This document shows positions 61,414 through 64,000 of a stretch of DNA of 64,000 nt, one piece after another. The stretch is from Squalus acanthias (lineage: Eukaryota): assembly GCA_030390025.1 (NCBI GenBank), contig CM059432.1, forward strand, positions 102,178,001-102,242,000, read 5' to 3'. Made by a program: the position numbers and the translations under genes. Numbering within the stretch: position 1 is the stretch's first letter; every line of letters starts with the position of its first letter. Under the pieces are notes generated by a model, which saw only the letters and a list, made by a program, of their open reading frames with translations, ran no database searches and was not told the origin of the DNA.

Positions 61414-61606
61414 AAAGAGTCTGCAAAGGGACATAGATAGGTTAAGTGAGTGGGCAAAATTTGGCAGATGGAGTATAATGTGAGAAAATGTGAGGTTATC
61501 CATTTTGGTAGGAAGAATAAAAAAGCAAAATATTATTTAAATGGAGGGAGACTACAGAATGCTGCGGTACAGAGGGATCTGGGTGTCCTTGTACATGAAA
61601 CACAAA

Positions 61607-62452
61607 GGGCTGGATTTTCAATGACCCGTGGAGTCGGGTTTGGAGGCGGGGGGGGGCGGTTAAAGTTGCAGATTCGGGGGTCCCGACCCCATCCCGACTC
61701 CAACCCGCCTCCATGCCAGTTTCTCTGGCGGCGGGTACCCAACCTGTGCTGAAACCTGACTCCCCGAGGCGGGAAGGGATTAGTGACAATTAACTGCCTG
61801 TTAACAGGTAGTTAACAGGCAGTTTTTTGCATAATCCCTATTTTTAAAAGAAAAGTGTGGGCTTCCCGACAGGTGGCTACCACGCCAACTTATCGGGGCG
61901 GGCCGTGGGTCTGCAGGGGTTGGAGAGGTCGATATATCCGGTGGGCAGATGATTGATGGGTGCATGTGTGCAGAGGTAAGTGTGTAAGGTAAGTGCTAAG
62001 TGTTGGAAAAAGTTTTACTTAACTTAACTTCCTCCTTCAGGTGTCAGCCCTTCAGTTCTCGGGAGTTAGAAATCTCACCGGCACAAAAAGCAGGAAAGCC
62101 GTGGTTCTGTCAAAAACTGCAACCTTCTGTTTTCTGTGCTGGAATGATTTCTAACTCAGCCTGAGAGGAAGGACGGAAGTTAGAAATCATATTGTGAGTG
62201 TTTGACAGCTTCACAGAGCTGTCAAACGCTGATATTTCATCTGTCAAAAGCTCTTGACAGATGAAATGTCAATCTGTGACGTCACCTGTTGCCGGGTGGC
62301 CCTTAATTGACCTGCTGAGCCCACTGGGTGGGCTCAACAAGGTCTATCAAGGGAAAATACAGTGGGTTGGCCACATCTCGATGGAGGCGGGTTCACAAGC
62401 CAGAATGTGTGATTCCCAACCCCAACCCGACTCCAGATTCAAAATCCAACCC
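61607..62452. mobile_element. Harbinger-type MITE inside CR1; similar ends to 60760, different core
   Basis: TIRs GGGCTGGATTTT / AAAATCCAACCC, TSD AAA. Confidence 0.88.
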
Positions 62453-64000
62453 AAAATGTTAGCATGCAGGTACAGCAAGTAATTAGGAAGGCAAATGGAA
62501 TATTGGCCTTTATTGCAAGGGGGATGGAGTATAAAAGTAGAGAAGTCTTGCTACAGCTGTACAGGGCGTTGGTGAGACCACACCTAGAGTACTGCATACA
62601 GTTTTGGTCTCCTTATTTAAGGAAGGATATACTTGCATTGGAGGCAGTTCAGAGAAGGTTCACTAGGTTGATTCCTGAGTTGAAGGGGTTGTCTTATGAA
62701 GAAAGGTTGAGCAGGTTGGGCCTATACTCTTTGGAGTTTAGAAGAATGAGAGGTGATCTTATTGAAACATATAAGATTCTGAGGGGTCTTGACAGGGTAG
62801 ATGCTGAGAGAATGTTTCCCCTCATGGGGGAATCTAGAACTAGGGGGCATAGTTTCAGAATAAGGGGTCGCCCATTTTAAACGGAGATGAGGAGGAATTT
62901 CTTCTCTCAGAGGGTCGTGAATCTTTGTAATTCTCTACCCCAGAGAGCTGTAGAGGCTGAGTCAGTGAATATATTCAAGGCAGAGATAGACAGATTTTTG
63001 AAAAACAGGGGAATCAAGGGTTATGGGGAACGGGCAGGAAAGTGGAGTTGAGGCCAAGATCAGATCAGCCATGATCTTATTGAATGGCGGAGCAGGCTCA
63101 AGGGGCCAAATGGCCTACACCTGCTCCTATTTGTTATGTTCTTAGGTTCTTATGTAAGGGCCGCGCAATTTCCAGGTTTAGGCATGCGCTGCGCATGCGC
63201 GAAAACCCGGAACTTGCGATCTGTCAAGAATTCTCTTGACAAATGATCCGCATCCCTGGGAAAAGAGCATCCGCGGGCAGAGAGTTGGGCTATTTGCGAA
63301 TGCCCGTAAAATTCTTACGCATAAGGCTTGCTTTTACCAGCGTAAGAGTTTTAAAAAACAGAAAAATAAAATATCAATAATTTATACATTTAAAAACTTG
63401 TTAAATGAGATAAGTTTATTTTTAGCCCCTTTAAAACATGTAAATTTATTTTTCTAAAAATTAAATTTTTGTTTTCAATATGTAATTAAATGCAATTTTA
63501 ATTAATTTCAAATGTTATTTTTTTTAATTTATTTGATGTCTAGGTGTATTTTTTGGGGGTATTCCCATTCATACTTATGGGGTTTCCGTACATACAGAAT
63601 CCCCATAAGTATGAATGGGGATTCCCTTCTGTCATTCGTTGGGCTGACCCACATGATCCCAGGGTGCTGGCGAACCGCATGTGCCCCTGGGATACGTGGG
63701 CCTCTTCCCACGGGTACCTGGAGAGCCCCAGGACCGCGAGTCTCCGTGGATCCTGAGGCCCCAGGTACGCAGGCATTTTATTTGCGGATCGGAGGCATTT
63801 CTCCGTGGGAAGCCTCCGACTGCAAATTCAGGGCCATTATTTGGGACCCATGAAACAAAACACACACAGACATTAGAGACCTTGCAAAAGCCAAATGGTA
63901 TAGAACATCTACTTACAATAACATAAAGCAAGAGGTGAGAGGTTAATAACAATTTTTGCTACTCTCACCAAGCTTGAATACACAAATTAATCAGCAACAA

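Larger units (their letters stand above)
60706..63155 (+). mobile_element. 5'-truncated CR1 LINE in three pieces (60706-60759, 61414-61606, 62453-63155)
   Basis: FADNTKIGGKASCEEDT | KSLQRDIDRLSEWA..DLGVLVHETQ | ORF 62464-62880; UTR and TTCTTATG tail. Confidence 0.93.
60656..63835. mobile_element. MITE split by CR1 (60656-60705 and 63156-63835)
   Basis: Ends GGGCTGTAATTTGCGG / CTGCAAATTCAGGGCC; flanks AAT/ATT. Confidence 0.6.

Overview
Repeat-dense eukaryotic DNA, most likely an intergenic or deep intronic region of a cartilaginous fish (shark). This is inferred from the repeat repertoire: HE1/V-SINE-like, Deu-domain SacSINE1-like, AmnSINE2-like and LF-SINE-like SINEs, plus many CR1 LINEs with (TTCTTATG)n or (TTCTATGA)n tails. 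No host gene is confidently recognisable; only a few weak exon candidates were seen. The window holds about a dozen CR1 fragments, L2, RTE and Crack/Daphne-like LINE pieces, and a decayed Ty3/Gypsy pol. It also holds a full-length but inactivated 4.0-kb PIF/Harbinger transposon (DDE transposase plus spliced Myb/SANT gene, TIRs, 3-bp TSD) and about 20 Harbinger-type derivatives/MITEs, often nested in or around LINEs. The most notable signals are: a minimal hammerhead ribozyme inside a 50-bp hairpin of a Penelope-like insertion (38.4-38.6 kb); three closely spaced inverted pairs of same-family MITEs (38-50 kb); family-specific subterminal motif arrays in the MITEs; and a scrambled Penelope-like insertion with a 12-bp target duplication. 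I found no evidence for a wholly new biological system. Family names come from recalled motifs, not database searches.
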